Source: Octopus vulgaris (lineage: Eukaryota). Taken from it: a stretch of DNA of 64,000 bases. The notes under the pieces were generated by a model. It searched no databases, was not told the origin of the DNA, and worked only from the letters and a program-made list of their open reading frames with translations. Position 1 is the first letter of the stretch, and each line of letters opens with the position of its first letter. Made by a program: the position numbers and the translations under genes. This document shows positions 41,706 to 56,560 of the stretch, piece by piece. The stretch covers positions 51,460,001 through 51,524,000 of the forward strand of contig OX597820.1 in assembly GCA_951406725.2 (NCBI GenBank), given 5' to 3'.

Positions 41706-42002
41706 CTGGTTCCCAAAGTGGGTGGTACGGCACCTCTGGAGGTGGTGGAAGGATCAAGAGGACGTTGAAGAAAAAATGGGGTTATAATGGGGGTGACCTA
41801 AATGGGGCAATGGATGTAAAAACAAACAAACAAAATAACAGGTAAATTAGGTTAAGTTTTACTCGTGAAATATTGCTGTATTGAATTTGCTGCAGAAAAT
41901 GTTCTATGTTTGCGATGTTGAGTGGTGGAGGTGGGCACTACGAATAGGAATGTGGCCGTTGAACCAAAGGTGCGGCAGCCTGAAAACGTTTGGTAATCAC
42001 TG
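41706..42002. mobile_element. hAT-type MITE (about 297 bp)
   Basis: TIRs CTGGTTCCCAAA and TTTGGTAATCACTG (Charlie/MER5-like CAGTGGTTCCCAAA); GTCTA on both flanks as a partial TSD. Confidence 0.7.
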
Positions 42003-42692
42003 GTCTAATTCTTCTTGTACCTGGAGTAAAATTTTGAGCGCGATGGGCATATGCTAGGGGCATGTGCTTTTAATTTTATCCTCTGGCAGAATCAACGTGA
42101 CATTGTGTGCTGCAAAAAAGTGCTCTTCGACTGCAATATTTAGTCCCTCAAGATACAATTGCACTATCAAGTTCTTTTCTGTCCAAAAGACTTTTGTCTC
42201 CGGGGATGAAGTTTGCAAGCCAGGTATATTTGTATATGTCTTTATTCTTAAAATATAATTGTTTTTAAAGTTACTTATTGTTTTAGAATACTGTATACAC
42301 ATTTAGGATACTGTATGTACTTCTTGCACGAAAAATATTACTTCGTTCAAAGTACATCAATCTCCGATCCTACCAGTAACGTGCATCATCCTTACAGCGA
42401 CACACAGCAGTAGGAATCGCCGAGCATTCTTTAGCACCCCGCAACTGATGACAAGTAGCAAACCTACGTGATTCAAATTAACAAGTGATGGCTTACTATT
42501 CTCTCAATTACATCCTGAGGCGGAAGCATTGCGTTTAAGCCTTCCTATGTAATAGTTGTGTATCCAGAGCTGAGGAGTAATTTCTCGCAATTAATTGATT
42601 CTGAGTTACACTGTTAACACAAATATTAGATTAAAAATGTTGATCCCTCTTTCGTCCTAGTTGCACACATAGCATTTTATCTGTGTCTATTT

Positions 42693-42696
<4 letters not shown>

Positions 42697-42754
<58 letters not shown>

Positions 42755-42800
42755 GTCTATCTATCTATCTATCTACTGTCTATCTATACATCTATCTATT
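42697..42800. repeat. (TCTA)n microsatellite
   Basis: Direct inspection. Confidence 0.95.
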
Positions 42801-43442
42801 TTTATTTATTTCTCTCCAGCCATGTAATTTCGAGGGGAAAGATAAATCAATTACGTCGACTGCAGAGGTCAGCTGGTATACGTTTATTGACCTCGAAAGT
42901 ATGATAGATTACCTAAACTGAGAACTTAAAAAGCGGACAAAATGTCTAATTTACAAACCAAATTAAGGGCTAAGTGTATTAATAATTTGGATCTGAGGGA
43001 AGCTCTTTTATATGAATTGACTTACAATTTTAATGACTTTTATCCGAGCAATGTTCAGCAAACATTTCAATCTGGCGGAGTCACGTGAATCATATATAAA
43101 TAATATTTTTTTCATATTGTCCGCAGTTAAGCATCTGATTAAAAATGTTACCGAAAAATATATTCAATATAAATGGAGAAGGTTAAAAAGGAACACAAAG
43201 TATATAAAATCGTCGCTGGTGTTGAACAAGCTGTTCAATTGCGAACACAATCTATTTATTACAGCCTGAAAAGCTAAAACACAACCAATAAATATCCATA
43301 TACTACTTCCAATATGAGGCAAAGATTACACTTATAGAATTGACACTAAAACGGGTCTACGTTATTGTGAATCACTGCAACGACAATATTCCACTCACAA
43401 TGATATATGTTGAGTTTTCTTATATAACCGACGAATGAAAAT

Positions 43443-43496
43443 ATTATAGAGTCGATATTCTCTTTGGAGAGATTTTATCTTCCTCTCATCAGCTAC
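43443..43496 (-). ncRNA. Degenerate full-size type I hammerhead motif
   Basis: GTAG-CTGATGA-GAG(GA)AGAT-AAA-ATCTCTC-CAA-AGAG-AATATCGA-CTCT-A. G12>C; stem I eroded. Confidence 0.5.
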
Positions 43497-44596
43497 GGGC
43501 ACAAGATTTGTCGTACATAACACACACACACACAATTGCAGATCTTATATTTCTGTCCGTAGTTGCTAAATCACAACGATGCTGAAACTCGTGTCCTACG
43601 GAACAATGATTCCGCTCATAACCCAGTTGTTTGCTCATCGCACTCACCTGCCTTTAAATAGAAATGTTGACCCCATTCAGTCATGCAGCGACGCATAAAA
43701 TTATGCGCATCCACAATTTTCAATAATCGCTACATACATATATGCATACATGCATACATGTATATATGTGTGTGTATATGTACGTACGTATGTATGTATG
43801 TATGTATGTATGTGCATATGTGTGTGTATCTATATATCTATGTATGTATATGTATCTATATGTAAGTATGTGTATGCGTGTGGGGAGGGGTGGAAAGGTC
43901 GTGTGTATATGGAATTGTGCGTAAACGGGTCAATTTTGTTATATATCCAATAAAGGGCACCAGTGTTCTTCCACTTATTATTTACTAATACCAGACAAAA
44001 AGTTAAGTAAATATTCGTTTGAATAATTGATTACCTGTCGAATGCTTTGAACCAATCAATCAATCATTGAAATTCCTTGTTTGCCAGAGTTCTTTCGTTG
44101 GCGTTAACAGTTTGAAACTTGGCGTACCTTTGTTGTTACATATTTGTCACAATGTTTCCAAACTTCGTCTACTGACATTCAGTGTTACTGAAATAGTGTG
44201 AATGAATGTGTTTATTTATATTTATTGTTTAGGTGTGTACGTACGTGTGGTAGTGTCTGTATGCAGGTTAATGTGTGGTAGTATATGGCTGTCTCGGGGC
44301 ATTTGGCATTTCATATAATGTACGAGTGTTTGTTTGTGTGTGTGTGTGTATGTGCGTGCGTGCGTGTGGTTGTGTGTGCAACTGCGAGCGTAAGTGTAAG
44401 TGTCAGTTGCCTGTCGATGTGTGCGTATAAGTCTGTTTCTTTCTTCTTTTGTAGTTTTAAATCTATGTAGAAATGCCACTGCGCTCAGCAGTTATTCACA
44501 TAAATGAGGTAAATAAAAAAAAATACACAGATATAAGGATTATCTTTTACAACTCAATTACAAACAGGTGCACACACACACAGACACATATACACA

Positions 44597-44814
44597 GTAA
44601 GGGTGTTGGAAAGTCCCTGGTTTTGAGTACAAGAAAATGAAGGAGAATCAGGTAATTATGGTTTTATTCAATATATGCGCCTCTCAAACTCACACATATA
44701 TTAGAGCGGTCCTTCAGTTTTTGTTAGGTTTGTAAAAGAACTCGGAAGGCTGTGTTTCCGCTTACACATTTCGTGATACACTCAAAGCCAGGAACCTTTC
44801 AGAACTCACTCGTA
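44597..44814. mobile_element. mariner-type MITE (about 220 bp)
   Basis: TIRs AGGGTGTTGGAAAGTCCCTGGTTTT and AAAGCCAGGAACCTTTCAGAACTCACTCGTA. Confidence 0.75.
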
Positions 44815-44826
44815 TATGTATGCATG

Positions 44827-44894
<68 letters not shown>

Positions 44895-44896
<2 letters not shown>

Positions 44897-45320
44897 ACTT
44901 ATATACAAGGGCAAAAAGGAAAAAAATTCTACCTCCAAATATGCCGGAACAAGACACATAGTCCATAACCATATGATTCTTCACTATAAGTACGCGTCTC
45001 GAAGAAACCTGACATAACTTTTTTTTTTTAATTCCGTTATTACCATATCGGACCCGATTTCAGAGTTAGTTTATAAGAACCTTCTCTTCGTCAGTAATAA
45101 ATGCGGCAAATGAATAAATGAAATACTTACTTATACCAATGGAAGAAGCAAACACTAAGTCATGAGCACAATTAAGTACCCCAAATATATCCACAATAGA
45201 AATTCTCCAGCCCATTCCGGACATGTGTGATTTGAACTCTCAAAGAGTGAGAGAGTCCGGAAGTGAACACTATTAAATTTACATCTAATATACGATAAAA
45301 TGTTTCGAAAAAAAGTTTAA
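44895..45320 (-). mobile_element. Short non-coding element between (TA)n tracts, carrying a canonical hammerhead
   Basis: (TA)n flanks; second family copy at 14625-14756; hammerhead at 45034-45106. Confidence 0.65.
45034..45106 (-). ncRNA. Type I hammerhead ribozyme with canonical core
   Basis: CCG-CAT-TTATTA-CTGACGA-AGAG..GTT..AAC..CTCT-GAA-ATCGGGTCCGAT-A^TGG-TAATAA-CGG. Confidence 0.75.
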
Positions 45321-45323
<3 letters not shown>

Positions 45324-45389
<66 letters not shown>

Positions 45390-45709
45390 CATATACATAT
45401 ATACATATATATGTATATGTGGTGAGTGCGTTTGCATGTGTGTCGATTGTTTGCTACAAGCTTATCGTTCAGGAATAAAAGATGTACCATTTTTATTTCT
45501 TTTGTGTAACAATAGCAATATGTAATGCCGTTCACCTTAACGTTGCTCTCACAGTGGTACAATATAGCGGTAGAGTTGAACATGATAAAGCTATTCTGCT
45601 GTTGCTATCAACATAAATGGCATTTATTTGCAATTCTAATTTCCTCTTATGTTTCTTTATTTTATTCCGTTTTATCATAAATATAATCTTGCACAACAAA
45701 TATTTAAAC

Positions 45710-45755
<46 letters not shown>

Positions 45756-46061
45756 GTATATACATATACATATATACATATATATGTATATGTGGTGAGT
45801 GGGTTTGCATGTGTGTCGATTGTTTGCTACAAGCTTATCGTTCAGGAATAAAAGATGTACCATTTTTATTTCTTTTGTGTAACAATAGCAATATGTAATG
45901 CCGTTCACCTTAACGTTGCTCTCACAGTGGTACAATATAGCGGTAGAGTTGAACATGATAAAGCTATTCTGCTGTTGCTATCAACATAAATGGCATTTAT
46001 TTGCAATTCTAATTTCCTCTTATGTTTCTTTTATTTTTATTCCGTTTTATCATAAATATAA
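45324..46061. repeat. Near-perfect 373-bp tandem duplication
   Basis: GGTGAGTG.GTTTGCATG... starts at 45421 and 45794. Homology ends at 45686 and 46061, with a 24-nt unique junction at 45687-45710. Confidence 0.95.
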
Positions 46062-47789
46062 CTGCTGTAAAATTTTCCTTTCAGTATAGATTTTAAAGTG
46101 GGAGTAACGATAGAGATTCAAATTAAATTTTTAATTCTGAGTAATTTCATTTTGTTCCCATCGCGCTAACCTCACGTACTCAGCATTTCACAATTCTTTT
46201 CCAACATCTATAGTGACAAAATGCAATACAGAATCAGATTAATCGATAGTCACCGTCTACACATATAGTCAGCTTCCATCATTATGCTTGCTACAAATGA
46301 AGCATTACTGCAAGAACGTGTTATATTTTCAATTTCTCCAGCGCTTCAATATTCGCATCTCTACCAATTAATTCGCAGTAAATATTTAATGATTCAAGAA
46401 AAGTCTAAGACAATTTATGGATAATGGAAGAAATTAAATACTTGTAAACGTGTGAGAAAGTGAGTGAGTCCGCACCCGTTTGAGTGTGTGGGGGACCTGA
46501 TATTGTTTGTGTGTGTGCATACGATCAATGATGCGTTTTTATGTCAACTATAGGAACATGCGCTGACATCCAAGCTATAAATGCTGTTTGCAAGTGGTAT
46601 TTGGCGATATGTTTTGTAAGTAAATAAAGCCAAACTAATCTAGCAAAACAGAAGCTGTCTTTGAATAAAAATTTGTGTACATGTTTGGGATATTTCGGTG
46701 AATTATTTTGGAGGGACCACAATGTTAGTCATGCCAACGCTGCATGGTCCTTATTTACTTCGGGTATCTTCTGGCCAATGTTGACCTTCTTAGAAGCTAT
46801 GATATCGTGGGAATATCAATTATTATCCTTTATATGAACGCTGCACACATGATAGTCAATGTCATTTAAATTTACCAAAGTTGGAGTCCCAAATGTTGGT
46901 GGTACAAGAACATAATCGTTGTCTGACCATTCTTAGATTACGTAGAAGTTGCACGAAGATACTGAGTCGTGATCAAACACCTATAGGCTTCTACTCCTTG
47001 CTCCAATCAGAGCTTAAGATCCGCCTCTATTACTTCATCATATCTAACAGCATAAGCTCTAATACTCTGTGAAAAGATGCAAGGAATCATGACACGACCT
47101 TCATTACTCACTACTCATAGAATCACCGAAGCTGCTGAATATTTAGAGAGCATTACTTTGGGCAAATCATAAGTATCTGCACGTAAACATATGATATTCC
47201 TGTCAAAACTATGGAAAGGGTCGAAATCTTTACTCAACATTAACACGTTCTTGCTTCTTGAAGATCTCTAGTGATTGATTTTCCGAGATATTCATCGATG
47301 ATGTTTTCAATATGCTTGGTTAACTGCATTGACCTTATGCGGTCGGAACGTTTACAATGTTATTTATCTCTCTTTGCTACAATAGAAATACTTTCTATGC
47401 CATAAAAATTTGTGACTAAGTGATCATGCAACATTTAGTAAGGTAGCAATTTTTAAATCGCCGTGTTCCGTACAGACGCTGAGAATGACTACCAGTTATT
47501 TCATCCCTTCTGTGGGCTTCTTATTTGCTGCCTGCTATTTGCAGTGAAAAATAGAAACTTTTAATTGGTTTGGAAAGAGTAATATAGTAATAACAAAGTG
47601 TTCTCAAAACATAGCCCTCACAGATAATATATGTGCGTGAGTGTGTGTGCCGTTTGTGTAGGTGTGTGTGTGTGTGTTACACATAGGGATAGAGAGAGAG
47701 AGAGAGAGAGAGAAAGAAAGGGAACGTAAGAGTGAATGAGTGCGCCTGTGTGTATGTATTCATGTATGTAAGCATTATCTATTACATTT

Positions 47790-48290
47790 TAACAGGCGTA
47801 ACTCAAATATGTATCCAATTATTAAGTTCCTACTCTGTAGAGCCGTATTAGAAGCATCTCCGATTATCCTTTTTGCGACGGGATTTCCAAGCGTGAACAT
47901 GTATTTATATGGATATCATCAAAAGATCTAGTCCTTATACTATATCTGAGACTCCTGTCACGGCTTCAATTATACTTCTTGTGATTCTGTTCCTACGACA
48001 TAACACTCACAAGACCGTAGAATTGGATGTAGGACTTACCAGTGCAAGGCTGTACAGGTTCAAACATAAAATACTCTCTGATATACAAACTACACTAGCT
48101 ATAGACAAAATGATTACTCAGAGATCGTTCGGAGGAGTCACATTTTAGTAGGTTATATTTACGATCGTAAATGTTTGGCTATTATCAAACTTTCATAACC
48201 ACAGGTGAGGATAGACACAGAAACCAAACTGAAGATGATGAGCTTAGCTTCTTTAACAACCACACTATTCAGAATTGCGAATGCTAAAGC
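47790..48290 (-). mobile_element. Old RTE LINE fragment (RT C-terminal region)
   Basis: AKLIIFSLVSVSILTCGYESLII...LRS resembles RTE KLxIFxSVFVPILTYGxESW. Confidence 0.6.
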
Positions 48291-48353
48291 TGGTAATTTA
48301 CAATGCACTATATATATGTGTGCGTCTGCATATGTATGTGTGTATATGTGTGA

Positions 48354-48422
<69 letters not shown>

Positions 48423-49171
48423 TGAATATAAACTATTCATGCACAAGCACATGCACATACAAAGACAGACAAAATTACACTACACACAAAGAAATATATA
48501 TATATATGCATATATGTACATCGGTATATGTATGTATATGTATGCGTGTATATTACGGTAGCTGTGTACGAGCGGAAACAATGCAATAAATAATTTATTT
48601 AAAATATTCAATTGTGATTTATCGAAAAAAATACCTATCCTAACAAATGTAATTAAATTGAATTGAAATTTTCAATCGAGTCATTTACAGAAACTGAACA
48701 AAATTCAATCACAACTATACTGATGCAAGTATATACTTATATACCGCTACGTGCATATGGGTACACACACACACACAATATATATATATATCTATATATA
48801 TATATACATGCATACTTATATTTATACATGTATATTAATAAATGTTAGCGAGCTCTTTGAAGGTATATGTGTATGTATATAGTTAGAAGCCATAGAGATT
48901 GAAAGAAGAACATATTAGAAGAAAAAGTCGCAGCAGGTTTTATCTTTCAGTTCGATAATTGGTTTATCATATTAGGTAAATTAAATTTCGATGAAAAATA
49001 ATTCTGGTTAATTTTCATGAGAAAAAGTGCATAAAAATAAAATTTTAACGTCCGCATATTCGTGAATTTATGCGTTTCTGAATCTGGAAGTTTGTGCATT
49101 GATCTATTCATAAACATTGCGGTACGTATATGTTTATCAATTACATAACGTTGTACATACATACGTATGGG

Positions 49172-49206
<35 letters not shown>

Positions 49207-49598
49207 GCACATACATATATGCATGTATGCATTCAGACACACATATGTATCTGTAGATGCGCACATACTCACAGTCGGATAATGAATATACATATATATG
49301 TTTTTAAATGAGCATGAATCTATCCATATATATATATATATATATATATATATCTGCATGTTGATATGTACATGCGTTTGTATGTGCAATTAAATATAAA
49401 CAATTTTTAAATGAGAATTATTAAGAAGTGCAACACTTTCAGTTTCTAAAAATCATCTTTAAATTTCTATAAAATTTGTTCCACCCAATAATAGAAGCGA
49501 CGTAATTCGACGGAAGCAGTTTATATATTTATTTAGTTAGTTTTATCATATATTATCGGTATTATATTACATTTCATTATATTTAGAAAAATATCATT

Positions 49599-49635
<37 letters not shown>

Positions 49636-50542
49636 ATGATATATGCATTTCCTCGTTTGTGTTCTTCATGAAAATTATTTGCCATCCAACAGCAGTTTAC
49701 GAATCCTGTTAGTGAATTTATTGTTCCCAAATATATTGTATTGTTCCTCAATTAATATTAAACATTGTTAGTATTTCTGGTTGATGTTTTTTAGATACCA
49801 CAGTTTTAGGGTACTTAAGTCATGCGCATCTACACAGCATTTTACTGAGTTGAATAGAAAACTGTGTGCATATCATACCATGTAGTTGGTTAAGTTCGAA
49901 TCTGCGCTGCTGAAGTTTTCAAACTAATTGCGACAAAATGCGTTTGTCTTTCTTGTCCTTATACTTGTATCAATGTAGATAATTAATTTTTTAAAGTGTT
50001 TCCCTTGATGACATTGTATAACATCCTTAAACTGGTTAAAATATAGTCTTTTAACATCTATATCGTCGTGAAGCGACTCTTGTTTTGGTGCTCTAATTAT
50101 ATTATATTGAGGTTCGTTGATTTGGGGCCCAATTCAACTGATCTACACAAGCTCGAATTTATGTGAGGCAGATTTTTATATATACAAGTACTCTATTTTT
50201 GAATATTCCTGAGCCACATTACTTCCGTTTCCAAGAGCTCTATATTCTAGTAACCAAAGTATAAGCTGGAAATATGTGTTATATCTGTAGATTCCTCATT
50301 ATTGCTGCGCTATCATTTTTCACTAATCTGGTCAGCATGAGATTTCCATTATTGTATTTAATGTGCTTTTCTTCTGTTCAAGTTCGTCATATATTTTCTG
50401 TTATCCTTCCATTATATTATAATCTTAACAAGAAAATTCCACTAATACCCGTTGAAATAATTATTAGTTATGTCTATATAAGAGTAACTGTTTATATTTA
50501 TACTTATAGTAGACGGAAACAGAAAGAAGCATTCCCATACAT

Positions 50543-50594
<52 letters not shown>

Positions 50595-50609
50595 GTATAT
50601 TTTCGTGAG

Positions 50610-50800
50610 TCTGTTTATCTCGTACCATTGCTTGACAACCGATATTGGTGTATTTACGTCCCCGTAACTTGGCGTTTCGGCAAAATAGACCGATAAAGTA
50701 CTAGGCGTACGAAGAATACGTTATGGGGTCGATTTCCTCGACTAAATGCGGTGGTCCTGCAGGGCCGCAGTCAAATGACTGAAACAAGTAAAGGTATAAA
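50610..50800 (+). mobile_element. SINE 3' half
   Basis: CCATTGCTTGACAACCGAT...GGGGTCGATTT.CTCGACTAAA.GCGGTG...GGCCGCAGTCAAATGACTGAAACAAGTAAA. Confidence 0.85.
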
Positions 50801-50883
50801 ATAATATAAAATCTTGTTAAAGGATCTACTTTGATTATGTATGTGTGTATGTATGTATACGAGTACAACACATATATATATAT

Positions 50884-50932
<49 letters not shown>

Positions 50933-51454
50933 CACTTGTGTGTTTTTGTACGACTATAAATATATAAGGAGAAGCATATGTGTATGGTTATGCGACAGAA
51001 GTTTTGAAAGGCATAGAAATATATACGTAGTAATCATGTTGTCATTTTTCCCTAGTGAAACTGATTTTGCAGTTTTCTAATTGTTTTCTTCGTGCATACA
51101 TTTAATAAAGCGAAATTAGTTATTGCTCTTGGAGATATCAGTAATTCATTTATTGCTATTTGTTTTCTTCTTTATGCTACTTTTGAGGTTAAAATTCTAT
51201 CTTTCGGTGTTTAGGTTGATAGGTATTATGATTATAAACTTACAGGCAATATGGTCGTTTTTATTATGTGAAGTAAACAGCTTCTGATTAAATGATTCTC
51301 TACACGCCAATGCTAGAATTGATTATTTATATTATTTATATAAGCTGACTGTTTATGCATCAAACATAATTGTAATGAGCCATCTCTGACATAATAACGT
51401 AATAACTAGCGTAAGTTCAAAACACTGGAAATATTGCTGCTGTTATTTATGATT

Positions 51455-51496
<42 letters not shown>

Positions 51497-51735
51497 AATA
51501 TTGTTTATGATAGTCGAAAATTTACAGTAGAGTATAGTCGATTTCATGAACCCCAGTGACCAACAAATGCCTAATTCATTGACCACGAATTGATTAAATA
51601 CAAAGTAGGTTTTGGCCGAATTTCAGCTCAGAATATAAAACTGGAAGAAATACCGAGTATCATTTTGTCTGGCGTACCTACAGATCTGCCAAGCTACTAC
51701 TACAACAACAACAACAGCAACTACTGCTAGTACTT

Positions 51736-51736
<1 letters not shown>

Positions 51737-51828
<92 letters not shown>
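51737..51828. repeat. (CTA)n(TAA)n microsatellite, insertion target of the Dong/R4 element
   Basis: Direct inspection. Confidence 0.9.
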
Positions 51829-54122
<2,294 letters not shown>

Positions 54123-54125
54123 TAT

Positions 54126-55045
54126 GTGACCCGCAGCATACAAGCTGATGTTGACCAGAAGCAAACCCATCAGTGGCTACGGAGCTCAGGGCTAAAAGCA
54201 GAGAGCGAAGGTTTCATTCTGGCTGCTCAAGATCAAAGCCTATTAACCCGGAACTACCAGGCCAATGTGATGAAAAATGGAGCAGACCCAAAATGCCGAT
54301 TCTGCAACGACATGATTGAAACAGTGGACCATCTAATCTCTGGATGTAAAGTCTTAGCACCAGTGGAGTATAAATTAAGACATGACAGAGTTGGCCAATA
54401 TCTACACTGGCTAATAAGTCGGCATTACAATATCAAAACTGCCGCCAAGTGGTATAATCACCACCCTGAGGCTGTAACTGAAGGAGAAAATGTAACCATT
54501 CTGTGGGACTTTCCAGTACATACAGACCGAACCATCAAGGCCAATAAACCAGATATTGTTGTGAAAGACCAAAACAATAAAGTTTGCTTATTGATCGACA
54601 TGAGCATCCCCTGTGATCATAATATCTCAGCGAAAGAGTTTGACAAGCTCAGAAAATATAAAGACCTACTCATTGAAATTGAGAAAATGTGGCATCTCAA
54701 GGCGGTTACAATACCATTGATCGTAGGAGCACTAGGAATGATCAAGAAGGGAACCGAAAATTATATGAGAATGATCCCTGGCTTACCATCCCTGCAAGAA
54801 GTGCAAAAGATTGTCTTAACTGGTACATCACATGTATTGAGAAGAGCATTGTCGATGTGAGAATTGTTGCTGCTCATGTATTTTAATTTAACTTAAAAAA
54901 AAAAAAAAAAAAATGAACGAACTATTGAGTTTGGTGTAATGGCCTACCAATGTATACTATGAGTTTCTTTGCCCTAGGAGTCGGGAAGACACTCGGCAAG
55001 AAATTGAAGCAAATTTAAAAGAAGAAAAAAAAAAAAAAATAATAA
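54126..55045 (+). mobile_element. Second Dong/R4-clade element (different subfamily): uninterrupted CCHC-RLE C-terminus and 3' UTR
   Basis: 244-aa open frame WLRSSGLKAESEGFILAAQDQ..CRFC...HLISGC..RHD..KPDIVV..IDM..KYKDL..VGALG ends at 54860; A-rich/(TAA) tail. Confidence 0.9.
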
Positions 55046-55074
55046 TAACAACAACGACAGCAACAACAACATTC

Positions 55075-55245
55075 CTTTTTACTATAGACACATGTCCTGA
55101 AATTTTGGGTGAGAGGACTAGTTGAGTACAACGTCCCCACTTTTCGAGCGGTATTTTATCGATTTCGAAATGATGAAAGGTGAAGGCAAGCCCGGGGGAA
55201 TTTGAACTCTGAAATAAAGACGAATGAAATGTCGCTAAGCAATAT
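55075..55245 (-). mobile_element. Degenerate SINE
   Basis: CCTGAAATTTTGGG...TTTTATCGA...GAAAGG...GGAATTTGAACTC...GAAAT.TCGCTAAGCA. Confidence 0.7.
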
Positions 55246-55724
55246 AATACCACATCCATTATTGCTACATCCACTATTGTAAAACATTTAATAGATAGAA
55301 AATCCAAGCACAGACAAGCTGTAATATTAGTTTTGAGGTATTGCCTTCAGCCTTTCCGAAAACACAGATATTGAATATTCGAAGTTATTCCTTTTACTTT
55401 TACCTTTCTATATTATGCATTTGTCATCAATCTGAAATACGCGATCTAGTTACTCTGTGATAAAATTTCGGATGCATTCTCATTTTTCTGAAGAATTATG
55501 AGTTCTTTGAACTAGAATCGAACGTTTGTCCCTCATATGATTTTCACGACCTTGGAAACAATAGATTTAGGAGCATATTGATTAATGATAATCTCGCTAA
55601 TTGCCACAAATGTGTTTATTTGATTTTCCGCAAAGTATATAACACATGTGTATGCACGTACGCGCACAAACACACACACATATATGTACATACAAACCTA
55701 CTTACATGCATACATACATGTATA

Positions 55725-55771
<47 letters not shown>

Positions 55772-55827
55772 ATGTATATATATATATATATATAGTGTGT
55801 GTGTATGTATATATATATATTTAGATG

Positions 55828-55875
<48 letters not shown>

Positions 55876-55917
55876 TATATATATATATGTGTATGTATGT
55901 ATATATATATATATATA

Positions 55918-56325
55918 TGGAGTGGCTGTGTGGTAGGTGGTAAGATGCTTGTTTCCCAACCACATGCTTCAGGGTTCAGTCCAACTGCATGGCAACTTCG
56001 GCAAGTGTCTTCTAATATAACCTTTGGCCGACCAAAGCCCGTGAGTAGATTTGGTAGATGGAAACTGAAAGATTCCCATCGTATATACATATACATACAT
56101 ATGTGCGTGTGCGAATTTGTGTGTCTATGTTTGTTGCCCCCCCCCACCACCACCACCACCATTGCTTATCAACGGATGTTAGCATTTTACGTTACGGGGA
56201 CGTTCGACAAAAGACACCGATGGAATAAGTACAAGGCTTAGACAGAATAAATTCAGGGGTCGATTTGTTCGACTAAAGCTCCAGCATGGGCGCAATCACA
56301 TGATTGAAACAAATCAAAATAAAAA
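55918..56325 (+). mobile_element. Full-length tRNA-derived SINE with internal microsatellite
   Basis: A-box-like GTGGCTGTGTGGTA; B-box-like GGTTCAGTCC; CCGACCAAAGCC core; tail CTCCAGCATGG.CGCA.TCA.ATGA.TGAAAC. Confidence 0.85.
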
Positions 56326-56440
56326 AGTGAATAAATATATACAGATACATATATATGTGTGTGTATGTTTTTATTTATATATATATATATGTATGTATAC
56401 ATATATATGCATGTATATATATAAATAAATATATGTATAT

Positions 56441-56473
<33 letters not shown>

Positions 56474-56522
56474 GGTATGTATACATGTATATATGCATGT
56501 ATGTATATGTATTTATCTATCC

Positions 56523-56560
<38 letters not shown>

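Noticed and set aside
55918-55990. tRNA gene
   Set aside because: A- and B-box-like motifs are present but there is no cloverleaf, and the sequence continues into a SINE body.
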